From positions 1-56,359 of the forward strand of contig JBGAWJ010000003.1 of assembly GCA_044227605.1 (NCBI GenBank): 56,359 nucleotides of DNA, given 5' to 3'. The first letter of the stretch is position 1, and each line of letters starts with the position of its first letter. This document shows positions 39,405 through 48,723 of the stretch, piece by piece. Position numbers and translations under genes: made by a program. The DNA comes from Alphaproteobacteria bacterium (lineage in GTDB: Bacteria > Pseudomonadota > Alphaproteobacteria > JAEUKQ01). The notes beneath the pieces are model-generated. The model worked only from the letters and a program-made list of their open reading frames with translations. It had not been told where the DNA came from and made no database searches.

Positions 39405-40751
39405 ATGAGAATAATCCTATTTCTTTGGGCAATCTTTTTTCTGCCGACCACTTTAGTCGCACAAAATCCAATCATATCCGCCGAAGGTGGCTGGCAATTG
39501 CAGGAAATCCCTGTTATGCAACCTTCACCTGCCCTAATCCAGCAAAATTATTTATATTCCTCGCGTTGTATCGGCGGGTCATTTCCAGATCAAGGATACT
39601 GGCTTTATTGTGAGGCATCCGACCAAGACAAATATAGTGTTGAAGGCAAAGAAAAGAATTGGTTGGGATTAGAGGGATGTGATGTTGGCCAGGTCTATTA
39701 TCCTGCCTTAGATAATCAAATTCCTTTAGCCGGATTAAGAAATTGCCAATTGCTGGTTGCTAAAATCGATCCTGCTAGTGATGCAGATAAACAGATGGCT
39801 CTGCTTCAATTAATGGACAAAGAAGGTCGTGTCATATGGTCTTATGACCATTCGATTCTTTTAGAAAAACTTATTCCAGGGGGTGATATCTACCCTACCG
39901 TGCCGTATCGCGATTTAATGGTAGAGAATCAGGCCGGGTACTTGTTGTTTGATGGGGAATATGTAGTTCAGGTAGACGTACAGGGAAAATCTATATGGAA
40001 AACCCCGATTTCAGAAATCATCCAAGGGGACAGTAAACAATTCCCGAAAGTCGAGGTCACCTCCGAACGTTATCGTCCACGAATTCTGTCAAATGAGCAG
40101 GGGTCTTATGTGGCAGTGCCTATTGTTCTTGATTCTGAAATATATCCCAAGATGTTCGTTTATCAAATCGGTCCCCAGCAACAAAAATTCCACCCAGTAT
40201 TTAATAGTTCAGTATTTGAGAAAAATGACCGCAGTTTGAATGCGCAAACACAAAGGTCTTGGTCATATGAACCCCTTATTTTAGGGAATGGGGAGTTGGC
40301 AATTATATTTTCTGGCGATAGCTCATTAGGATTATTGAAATTTAATTCTTTAGTGAAGGATTGGCGGATATGGTGGCAGCAAGGAAGGTCTAACGACCAA
40401 GAAATTTTGTCAACTATCCAAACTCCAATCAGTCAAGTGATTTTAGCCCATGTTTCCCCGGTTCACAGTTTGGCGGATTACTATGACGATCCTGAGGGAA
40501 TAAAGAGCGTATCCCAAGTTATGATGGATTATACTATCCGCCTCATTAATATAGCAGATGATGGAGTATTCGAAGGAGAAAGCGAATTTTTGTTAGAACG
40601 TGATTTAACCATCACCGCATCCACCACTCAACCCATTGGTTACTTAGCTTATATGCCTTTAGAAGGGGTGCGGGTGATGATGAATGTGGCACCTGATTAT
40701 TGGCGTGATTGGCAGTTTTTCAAGTTGAAAGAAATAATCCCGTCGGAATGA
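39405..40751 (+). CDS. Secreted hypothetical protein (possibly beta-rich/propeller)
   Basis: 448 aa; signal peptide; segments DKEGRVIWSY and DVQGKSIWKT resemble propeller blades. Confidence 0.7.
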   Translation: MRIILFLWAIFFLPTTLVAQNPIISAEGGWQLQEIPVMQPSPALIQQNYLYSSRCIGGSFPDQGYWLYCEASDQDKYSVEGKEKNWLGLEGCDVGQVYYPALDNQIPLAGLRNCQLLVAKIDPASDADKQMALLQLMDKEGRVIWSYDHSILLEKLIPGGDIYPTVPYRDLMVENQAGYLLFDGEYVVQVDVQGKSIWKTPISEIIQGDSKQFPKVEVTSERYRPRILSNEQGSYVAVPIVLDSEIYPKMFVYQIGPQQQKFHPVFNSSVFEKNDRSLNAQTQRSWSYEPLILGNGELAIIFSGDSSLGLLKFNSLVKDWRIWWQQGRSNDQEILSTIQTPISQVILAHVSPVHSLADYYDDPEGIKSVSQVMMDYTIRLINIADDGVFEGESEFLLERDLTITASTTQPIGYLAYMPLEGVRVMMNVAPDYWRDWQFFKLKEIIPSE

Positions 40752-40846
40752 AATAGGTTTTTAGGTTTCTTTACTATTATGGATGAATCTGAAACAGGAT
40801 CAGTTACTAATATTTACATCCTGGCCTTCAACTGCGCAGATGGAAA

Positions 40847-41764
40847 TCAAGGGGTTTTGTCACCCGCTTTGTATTCTTGGCTGCCTAAAGCATCGGCCAG
40901 GCGTACTTTGGCACTACCGCGCTTCAAGGCTTGCTGTTGGGATGGGTGGGGTGCCCAACCACACAGGTAAATGATTTCAAAGCTGGCGGTGATTTTATTA
41001 TCGCTTGTTTTATATCGTTCCTGATAAAGCTGGGCGGCCTTGGCAAATAACAGGCGCGGCGGTACTTTCCGCTGGCGTTCTTTCAAGATATTGCTTTCGC
41101 CCATGCCTTGGATATCTTTCAAAAGTTCCCGCATATTGCTATAGGTTACTGTCACGATTTCATGGTCAATGACCGGCAGGGCAAAATCCGCCCGCTGCAT
41201 TAAGGCGGCCATATCCTGCAGGCTTACAAAGGGTGAAACCCGCGGGCTGACGCCATTCGTTAGTTCTAGTTCCGCCTCCATCAACACTTGCCGTAATTCA
41301 CGGAGTGTTTCTCCGCCGAACAAACATCCCAAGAAAAGCCCATCCGGTTGCAGGCAGTGGCGAATTTGGGCCAAGTAACCGGGCAAATCATTCACCCAAT
41401 GCAGATATAAATTGCTGATGGCCAAATCAAAATAATTCGGCTGGAAAGGAAGGGTTTCGTCACCAACCACTTTGCCCCGCAAAAAATCATCCGGTGATAA
41501 AAGCGTTAAGGCGGATTGTAGCATGGCCTCTGCAGAATCTATCAGGGTTAGGCGCTGCTGCGGATATTTTTGCCGCAGCATCTTGCTTAAATAGCCGCCT
41601 CGGCAGCCAATTTCCAGGATATGGTGGAAGGACCTTGTAAAATCATCCAGACGTTCCATCAGCAAATCCGCTTGATGGCGAAATAAAAAATCATGTTTGT
41701 AGCCATTGGTGGCAACGCGGTTACGGTGCAGTTCTAGCAAATGGCGATCGAAAACCTCAATCAT
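40847..41764 (-). CDS. SAM-dependent methyltransferase (BioC/NDUFAF5-like)
   Basis: LEIGCRGG, LHWVNDLPG, GGETLRELR, SPRVSPF, FALPVID. Confidence 0.9.
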   Translation of the reverse strand: MIEVFDRHLLELHRNRVATNGYKHDFLFRHQADLLMERLDDFTRSFHHILEIGCRGGYLSKMLRQKYPQQRLTLIDSAEAMLQSALTLLSPDDFLRGKVVGDETLPFQPNYFDLAISNLYLHWVNDLPGYLAQIRHCLQPDGLFLGCLFGGETLRELRQVLMEAELELTNGVSPRVSPFVSLQDMAALMQRADFALPVIDHEIVTVTYSNMRELLKDIQGMGESNILKERQRKVPPRLLFAKAAQLYQERYKTSDNKITASFEIIYLCGWAPHPSQQQALKRGSAKVRLADALGSQEYKAGDKTP

Positions 41765-41875
41765 GATTATGCTGCAAATCCCTTATCCTTCTTATAAAAC
41801 ATGGAAACGCTTCATCCGGTGCTTGATTATCTAAACATCAATCGTTAGTCTTGATCATCGCAAAAAAAGGATAAC

Positions 41876-42775
41876 ATGTCTATGGCGGCACCCAATAAAG
41901 AAAACTGTTTTCAAGCGCTAATTTTCAAATTACAGCAATTTTGGGCCAATCAAGGTTGTGTGATTTTACAGCCCTATGATGTGGAGATGGGGGCCGGTAC
42001 ATTCCACCCGGCCACCACCTTGCGGGCTTTGGGTAAAAAGCCCTGGAAAGCGGCTTATGTACAACCATCGCGTCGACCAACCGATGGCCGGTACGGCGAA
42101 AACCCCAACCGGCTGCAGCATTACTACCAATTCCAGGTGATTTTAAAGCCATCTCCCGCCAATAGCCAGGAATTGTATTTGCAAAGTTTGCAAGCCTTGG
42201 GCATTGACCTTCTGAAACATGATATCCGCTTTGTCGAGGATGATTGGGAAAGCCCAACTTTGGGGGCGTGGGGGTTGGGTTGGGAAGTGTGGCTGGATGG
42301 GATGGAGGTTTCCCAATATACCTATTTTCAGCAGGTAGGGGGGATTGATTGTGATCCATCCTCAACCGAGCTAACTTACGGCCTGGAGCGTTTGGCCATG
42401 TATGTGCAAGGCATTGAAAATGTCTATCAGCTGGATTGGAATGGGGTGACGGGAGCAGGCAACATCACCTACGGTGACGTTTATCTGCAAAATGAACGCG
42501 AGTTTTCCGCCTATAATTTTGAACAGGCCGATACCAAACGCCTGTTCCAGCATTTCCAAGATGCCGAAGCCAATTGCCAACAGCTTTTAAAATTACCAAA
42601 GCCACTGGCTCTGCCAGCCTATGACCATTGCCTGAAGGCCAGCCATTTATTTAATTTATTAGATGCGCGCGGGGTGATTTCGGTGGCGGAACGCCAGGCC
42701 TATATTGGGCGGGTGCGCACTTTAGCCAAGGGTTGTTGTGAAGCCTGGTTAAATAGTCAAGGGGAGGGTAAATAG
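41876..42775 (+). CDS. glyQ: Glycine-tRNA ligase alpha subunit
   Basis: [41 protein letters not shown]. Confidence 0.98.
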   Translation: MSMAAPNKENCFQALIFKLQQFWANQGCVILQPYDVEMGAGTFHPATTLRALGKKPWKAAYVQPSRRPTDGRYGENPNRLQHYYQFQVILKPSPANSQELYLQSLQALGIDLLKHDIRFVEDDWESPTLGAWGLGWEVWLDGMEVSQYTYFQQVGGIDCDPSSTELTYGLERLAMYVQGIENVYQLDWNGVTGAGNITYGDVYLQNEREFSAYNFEQADTKRLFQHFQDAEANCQQLLKLPKPLALPAYDHCLKASHLFNLLDARGVISVAERQAYIGRVRTLAKGCCEAWLNSQGEGK

Positions 42776-44893
42776 ATGGCTGAATTCCTGCTTGAAATTT
42801 TTTCCGAAGAAATCCCCGCCAGTTTGCAGCAACCGATGGCTTTGGAATTATTACAATTAATCACCAAGCAATTAGATGAACACAAGATTACTTACCATAA
42901 CCCGCGGGCCTTTAGTTCGCCGCGTAGGTTGGTGGTGGTGATCGATCAAATGCCAACCAATATTGCCGCTCAAATTGAGGAAAAAAAAGGCCCGCGGGTG
43001 GGATCTGATGAAAAGGCCATCCAAGGGTTTTTAAAGGGCGCAGGGCTCACCAGCCTTGATCAATGCCAGCAGCAGGAAACGCCCAAGGGTACCTTCTGGA
43101 TTGCCCAAATTCGCAAAGAAGGTGGACTGGTCGTTGATATGCTGCCAAATGTTATTGAAAAAGCCATGCAACAGGTCAATTGGCCGAAATCCATGCGTTT
43201 TGCTGATCAGCAATTCCGCTGGATTCGCCCCTTGCGGCAAATACTGGCGATTTTCAACGGTAAAGTATTGCCAGGGAGTTTGAATTTATCTGGCCAAAAA
43301 TTTGTTTTTACCAACAAAACATTTGGCCATCGCTTTATGGCGCCTGCTGAAATTGCGGTGCAATCCTTTGTTGGTTACCAGGCAAAATTGCGCGAAGTTT
43401 TTGTGGTTATTGATGCGGCTGAAAGGCGGCAACTGATTGAAAAACAAATGAGTCAGTCAGCGCAAAAAACAGGATATCATGTAAAACCCGATACGGGGCT
43501 CTTAAACGAAGTGATCGGGTTAGTGGAATGGCCAGTGCTTTTGACCGGAGACATTGACCAAGCCTTTATGCAATTGCCGCCGGAGGTGCTGGCAACCTCG
43601 ATGCGGGTGCATCAGAAATTCTTTTCCGTTCTTGATAAGAATGGCAAAAGCGCCCCACATTTTCTGACGGTTGCCAATATTGAAGCCCCTGATAAAGGGG
43701 AAGCTATTATTAAGGGCAATCAGCGGGTGCTACGGGCGCGCTTGTCGGATGCACGCTTCTTTTATGAATTGGATTGCAAGATTCCTCTGGCCGATTACGC
43801 CAAGCAAACCCAAGCCATTTTATTTTACCAAGGCTTGGGCAATGTCTGGCAGAAAACCGAACGGCTGCAATCTTTGGTAAAGAAAATCGGCGCTCATATT
43901 CCGAAATTCAATGAAGCCTTGGCGGTGAAGGCTGCAGCTTTATGCAAGGCCGATCTGGTCAGCAAAATGGTGCGGGAGTTCCCAGAATTGCAAGGGGTGA
44001 TGGGCAGTTATTATGCGGCCGTGCATGGCGAGGTGCCAGAGGTCAGCCAAGCCATTCGTGATCATTATGCCCCTTTGGGGCCGAATGACCAATGCCCAAG
44101 CCAGCCGGTTGCCGTTGCCTTATCCTTGGCGGATAAGCTGGATAGTTTGGTGGGGTTCTGGGGAATCAATCAAAAACCCACGGGATCGAAAGATCCCTTT
44201 GCCTTGCGCCGCCAGGCACTTGGGGTGATCCGCCTGATCTTGGAAAACCAGCTGCGCTTGCCGTTGCGCGATCTGATCCACTTCGCCTATTGGGGCTATG
44301 GGGAAGTGGGGGTGTGGCAAGATAAATCGCCCGCCACCGATAAGGCGCACCAGCCCAAGTTAATTGCCAACCAATTGCTGGAATTTTTTGTCGACCGCTT
44401 GAAGGTGACGTTGAAAGACCAAGGGATACGTCACGACCTGATCACCGCTGTATTTGCCAACCAGCAGGAGGATGATCTGTGGCTGCTGGTTCACAAAATC
44501 AAAGCCCTGCAAGAATTTATTGCGAAGGCCGATGGTAACAACTTGTTGATAGCGGCCAAGCGCGCTGGCAATATTTTGGCGATTGAAGAGAAAAAAGATA
44601 ATAAAACCTATCAACCTCTTCAAGCCCTAAGCCAAGTATTACCAGCCGAACGGCAATTATTTGATCAATTGCTTAAAATAAAGCCGGTATTTTTGAAACA
44701 TCTGCAATCTGAAGAATTCCATGATGCTTTGGGATTACTCAGCCAATTGCGCCAACCGCTAGACAGGTTTTTTGAGGATGTGGTGGTGAACAGCCAAAAC
44801 CCTGCGGAACGCCAGCAACGCCTGCAACTTTTATCCAGCGTGCGTGATTTTGTGACCAAAGTGGCCGATTTAAGCAAAGTCGAAGGGATTTAA
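42776..44893 (+). CDS. glyS: Glycine-tRNA ligase beta subunit
   Basis: FLLEIFSEEIP, WPKSMR, RARLSDARFF, EFPELQG, PTGSKDPFALRR. Confidence 0.97.
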   Translation: MAEFLLEIFSEEIPASLQQPMALELLQLITKQLDEHKITYHNPRAFSSPRRLVVVIDQMPTNIAAQIEEKKGPRVGSDEKAIQGFLKGAGLTSLDQCQQQETPKGTFWIAQIRKEGGLVVDMLPNVIEKAMQQVNWPKSMRFADQQFRWIRPLRQILAIFNGKVLPGSLNLSGQKFVFTNKTFGHRFMAPAEIAVQSFVGYQAKLREVFVVIDAAERRQLIEKQMSQSAQKTGYHVKPDTGLLNEVIGLVEWPVLLTGDIDQAFMQLPPEVLATSMRVHQKFFSVLDKNGKSAPHFLTVANIEAPDKGEAIIKGNQRVLRARLSDARFFYELDCKIPLADYAKQTQAILFYQGLGNVWQKTERLQSLVKKIGAHIPKFNEALAVKAAALCKADLVSKMVREFPELQGVMGSYYAAVHGEVPEVSQAIRDHYAPLGPNDQCPSQPVAVALSLADKLDSLVGFWGINQKPTGSKDPFALRRQALGVIRLILENQLRLPLRDLIHFAYWGYGEVGVWQDKSPATDKAHQPKLIANQLLEFFVDRLKVTLKDQGIRHDLITAVFANQQEDDLWLLVHKIKALQEFIAKADGNNLLIAAKRAGNILAIEEKKDNKTYQPLQALSQVLPAERQLFDQLLKIKPVFLKHLQSEEFHDALGLLSQLRQPLDRFFEDVVVNSQNPAERQQRLQLLSSVRDFVTKVADLSKVEGI

Positions 44894-44894
44894 A

Positions 44895-45135
44895 ATGAAA
44901 AAATCATTTTTCGGATTGATTGTATTCGCAATATTTATGCCGTTTTTGGCCTATGGGCAAGCAGTGAATTGGGATAAAAGCATCACGCAGCAATTAGCGG
45001 CCGCCATGAAGGCGGATGCGATGGAAAATTATAAGGAAGCCTTCCCTATATTCAAAAAATTGGCAACCAAATGTTTGGGAATATCCAACAAATTTTTTGA
45101 GCGGCTTTGAAGAAGATGAAAAGGAAAACAGATGA
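44895..45135 (+). pseudogene. Internally deleted Sel1-like secreted protein gene
   Basis: Frame 1 gives a signal peptide plus ...NYKEAFPIFKKLA. The +1 frame from 45061 gives WQPNVWEYPTNFLSGFEEDEKENR*, similar to the C-terminus of the next gene, with its TGA overlapping the next ATG. Confidence 0.75.
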
Positions 45136-45707
45136 AAAAAGCAGCGTTTTTGGAAAAATTCACGGCGGCTTGCCAGGCTTATGAGGCAAAGAAATATCAG
45201 GAAGCTTTTGAACTGTTTCAACCATTGGCCGAGATGGGTGAGCCGGTGTCACAATATCGGTTGGGGATTTTCTATTTTCTAGGCCTTTACGTGAAGCAAA
45301 GCGAACAAGAAGCGTTTAAATGGATCAGCAAATCTGCCGAAAGCAATTATCCGGCGGCTTTAAGTACCACGGGTGAAATGTTGCTGGTAGGCGAGGGGGT
45401 TGAGAAAGATATCCATAAAGGGATTTATAAGCTGGTGATGGCGGCGGGTTACGGTGTCCGCAAGGCGCAGGCCTTGGCTTGTTTGGCGTATGGGCATTAT
45501 GTTAATGATCCGGCCAATACCTATTTTTGGGGGGTGCTTTCCAAAAACAACCCGTCTGGTGACGCCGAGCAAAACCAAATGGTTGAAAAATTAATGAAGG
45601 GCTTACAAGCGAAACTGACGCCCGAGCAAATCCAAGCCGCCACAGACAAAGCCAAAAATTGGCAAGCCTTGAAATGGGAACCCCCGGCAGATTTATTTGA
45701 GGATTAG
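45132..45707 (+). CDS. Sel1/TPR-like repeat protein
   Basis: LAEMGEPVSQYRLGIFYFLG, AFKWISKSAE, GEGVEKD, LTPEQI...W. Confidence 0.88.
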   Translation: MKKAAFLEKFTAACQAYEAKKYQEAFELFQPLAEMGEPVSQYRLGIFYFLGLYVKQSEQEAFKWISKSAESNYPAALSTTGEMLLVGEGVEKDIHKGIYKLVMAAGYGVRKAQALACLAYGHYVNDPANTYFWGVLSKNNPSGDAEQNQMVEKLMKGLQAKLTPEQIQAATDKAKNWQALKWEPPADLFED

Positions 45708-45734
45708 GGCGGGCTTGAATATCAGCAGGTAAAT

Positions 45735-46338
45735 TTAAAATGAGGCTTTCCTCACCCTATCCTCAATCAATTGGCCGTCTTGTAAATGGATGCGGCGCCA
45801 GGTTTTGCTGGCCAGTGCCGGTGGGTTCATCCGCAAAAATGAATTGCGGGTCATTGGCCAAGGATCTTGCAATCGCCACCCGTTGGCGTTGCCCGCCCGA
45901 CAGTTGCGCCGGTCTTTTCAGCGCCTGATCGGTGATGCCCACGGCATCCAGAAGCTCCTGGCTGCGTTTCACCATTTGGGAATAGGTCAATTTTTTGAGT
46001 TGCCGCATAGGGATCATTACATTCTCCATGACGGTCAATTCTGCCAGCAAAAAATGGAACTGAAATACAAAACCAAATCGATTTAAACGTACCCAAGCCC
46101 GCTCTTCTTCCTGCATCATCGAAGTAGGTTGACCATTAATTATTAATTCGCCCTGAGTAGGGCTATCGAGTAATCCCAACAAGTAAAGCAAAGAAGATTT
46201 ACCTGAACCCGATGGGCCAATAATGGAGGCAAATTCTCCTGTCGATAGCTGCAGATTAATGTCATTAACGAGGGTAACGGTTAAATCACCTTCCGTTAAA
46301 ATACGGCTAAGGTTGACGGTTTGCAAAACAATGGTCAT
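45735..46338 (-). pseudogene. LolD/MacB-type ABC ATPase with internal deletion and frameshift
   Basis: GPSGSGKSS, LSGGQRQRVAIAR, ADEPTG, then the frame breaks. A second frame reads ALASKTWRRIHLQDGQLIEDRVRKASF* (stop at 45735). The D-loop and H-loop segment is absent. Confidence 0.85.
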
Positions 46339-47576
46339 GTGGCTCCCCGTACAATTACCAAGGGGTTTAGCCGGGCGGCTTTACGGGCGGGCAACCAGCC
46401 AGCCAAAACCGCCGCCACCACCGCTAAGCCGCCTGCCAATAAATAGCGTTCAAATGAGCTATCGACAATCAGGGTTTGGTTGGGGTTGGAAGCGCCGGGG
46501 GCAGGGATTTGCTCAAGTCCCCAAGATAACGCATAGCCAATCACCCAGCCCATCAAGCTGCCTAAAAATCCTACCACCGTGCCTTCAATCACGAAAATAC
46601 GGGCAATATTTTGGCTGTTAAGGCCAATTGAACGTAAAATGGCAATATCACGGGCTTTTTCTAAAACCACGGTTGAAATAATGTTGAAAATGCCGAAGCC
46701 CGCCACAATCAAAATGGCGCTAACGGTTGCGTAAATAATTAAATTTTGGATTTGAAAAACCGCCAATACCCGGCTGTTGGTTTCTTCCCAAGGGGCGGAT
46801 TTATACCCCCAGCGTGCTTCCAAATCCGCTGCCACGGGGATAGAGCGGCTGACGTCAGGCAAGCGGATGCGGATTTCATTAATCACCCGCGGCCGATTCT
46901 GAATGGCTTGCTGTTTGATCAAATGAATATAAGCCTGGCCCTCATCGAGCTGATTGAGGCCGGTGCGGAAAATGCCAACAATTTTTAAATTAGTGATAAT
47001 GCTGGCGGGTGTTGCCGCAATCAAACTGTCTCCGAGATTAGCCCCCAATTTATCCGCTAGCAAACTGCCAATGATGATCCCATCCGGTACGGAGTTTAAT
47101 GAGGTGAGCGAGCCTGCAATTAAATCCTCGGGCAGGCTGGTGACGGTGCCTTCGATATCAGGGTCAATGCCCAGCATAGAAACGGCGGCATCACGCCCGC
47201 TGCGCCGCAACAGCACCTGGCCGCGCAACACTGGGGCTGCACCGATACCCTGTTGGTGCAGCGAGTCAAGGATATTCGCGGCTCCCAAAATACCGCGCAC
47301 TGGTTCTTGGGGGAAAGCGCGTTTTACCTGCACGGCATCGCCCGCATAGATTTGTTCGGCGGGTTGCAGCGCTGGGTAACGCACCTCATCATTCATGACG
47401 ATATGGGCGTTTGATTCAATGATTTGGGTGCGGAAAAAATCCTGAAACCCTTTCATCATGCCGGAAACCGAGATGAAAAAACCAACCCCCATCGCCACCC
47501 CTAAAACCGAGGCCAAAGTTTGGCGTTTCCGCACCGATAAATGCGACCAGGCAATCATCAGGCTTAGCGGTATCAT
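46335..47576 (-). CDS. ABC transporter permease (LolC/E-FtsX/MacB family)
   Basis: RKRQTLASVLGVAMGV, EKARDIAILRSIG, PARKAARLNP. The true start is ATG 47576 (ATGA overlap with the MFP gene). Confidence 0.9.
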   Translation of the reverse strand: MIPLSLMIAWSHLSVRKRQTLASVLGVAMGVGFFISVSGMMKGFQDFFRTQIIESNAHIVMNDEVRYPALQPAEQIYAGDAVQVKRAFPQEPVRGILGAANILDSLHQQGIGAAPVLRGQVLLRRSGRDAAVSMLGIDPDIEGTVTSLPEDLIAGSLTSLNSVPDGIIIGSLLADKLGANLGDSLIAATPASIITNLKIVGIFRTGLNQLDEGQAYIHLIKQQAIQNRPRVINEIRIRLPDVSRSIPVAADLEARWGYKSAPWEETNSRVLAVFQIQNLIIYATVSAILIVAGFGIFNIISTVVLEKARDIAILRSIGLNSQNIARIFVIEGTVVGFLGSLMGWVIGYALSWGLEQIPAPGASNPNQTLIVDSSFERYLLAGGLAVVAAVLAGWLPARKAARLNPLVIVRGAT

Positions 47577-48625
47577 GGGATGATATCCACGGCCCGGCCT
47601 GGGCGTAACTGATCGGATGGCGAAATAATAATTTGATCGGTTAAGTTCAGCGGGGTTTTGATCTCGGTTTTCTGTAATCCCTGGACCCCAATTTTTAGCG
47701 GTAGGCGTTGGGCGTGCCCGTCTTTCACCTGCCATATGTAAATAAAAGGCGGCTGATTAACGCCTGCCTGTTCAAAATGAATGGCGGTGGTTGGCAGCAA
47801 TAAGGCGGATGGCCGCTCCTCCAAAATCACATTGACGTCCAGGGTCATGCCGATGAGCAACGGGGTGCCTTGGGGAAGATTGGCCTCAACCCGGTAGGTA
47901 CGGTTGGTGTTGTTGGCGGTTTGATAAATTTTGCTGATGACTGCTTCAAAAACCCGGCCGGGATAGGCCTCAGCCTTTGCCAGTAAACGCGAATTTAAGG
48001 CCAATTTGCTGATATCGCGTTCATCGATATCAGCAATAATCCGCTTTTGGTCACCCGATACAATGGTAAATAAGATGCTGTTGGCCGTTACATTCTGTCC
48101 TAAGGCAACATCGCGGCTGCTGATAAGACCTGCAACAGGGGCGGTAATTTTCAGATCGGCCAGCGTATTCTGCTGCAATTGAAGGTTCGCTTGGGCCTGT
48201 TGCCGGTCTGATAAAGCGCGTTCAGCAACTTGTGGAGTGGCGATGCCTTTGGCTAGCAAAGATTGCACCCGTTTTTCTTCCTGCAACGCCAGATTATAAA
48301 CAGCCTGGGCTTCCTGCAACCGCTGTTGCGCTTGCCGGTCATTCATGACCGCCAATATTTGGCCGGGTTCTACCCTGTCGCCGATCTCCGCACGCAATTC
48401 CACAATTTGGCCGCCGCTGACCGGGCTGACTTTAGCAGTCTGCTGCGCCTCAACCAAACCGGTTGCATAAACGGCCTCAACCGCTAAACCGCGCTCTGGC
48501 GATACCACTTGCACGGCGATTGGAGCGTAATGATTCCACAGCCACCAGGCGCCTCCGGCGACCGGTATCAGCAACAGAATCACCTGCATGAGGCGGCGTT
48601 TGAAGGTTTTTGGTTTTTTCATCAT
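47573..48625 (-). CDS. Efflux periplasmic adaptor (membrane fusion protein)
   Basis: N-terminal TM, GDRVEPGQIL, ITAPVAG, coiled coil. Confidence 0.9.
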   Translation of the reverse strand: MMKKPKTFKRRLMQVILLLIPVAGGAWWLWNHYAPIAVQVVSPERGLAVEAVYATGLVEAQQTAKVSPVSGGQIVELRAEIGDRVEPGQILAVMNDRQAQQRLQEAQAVYNLALQEEKRVQSLLAKGIATPQVAERALSDRQQAQANLQLQQNTLADLKITAPVAGLISSRDVALGQNVTANSILFTIVSGDQKRIIADIDERDISKLALNSRLLAKAEAYPGRVFEAVISKIYQTANNTNRTYRVEANLPQGTPLLIGMTLDVNVILEERPSALLLPTTAIHFEQAGVNQPPFIYIWQVKDGHAQRLPLKIGVQGLQKTEIKTPLNLTDQIIISPSDQLRPGRAVDIIP

Positions 48626-48723
48626 TTTATGGGATATGAGTCCTATGAGAGAAAGACCTGTTAGCTACCTATATAACATGGGGTGGTTTTTGCAGAAGTA
48701 AAGCGGGGAATATAGGAAAAATA

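Noticed and set aside
45051-45066. Programmed frameshift or phase variation at the A6 run in the Sel1-like gene
   Set aside because: Restoring the frame would give only about 80 aa with no Sel1 core; a deletion explains both halves better.
47577-47735. N-terminal extension of the permease in the ORF track
   Set aside because: Overlaps the MFP gene; the ATGA-coupled ATG at 47576 is the natural start.
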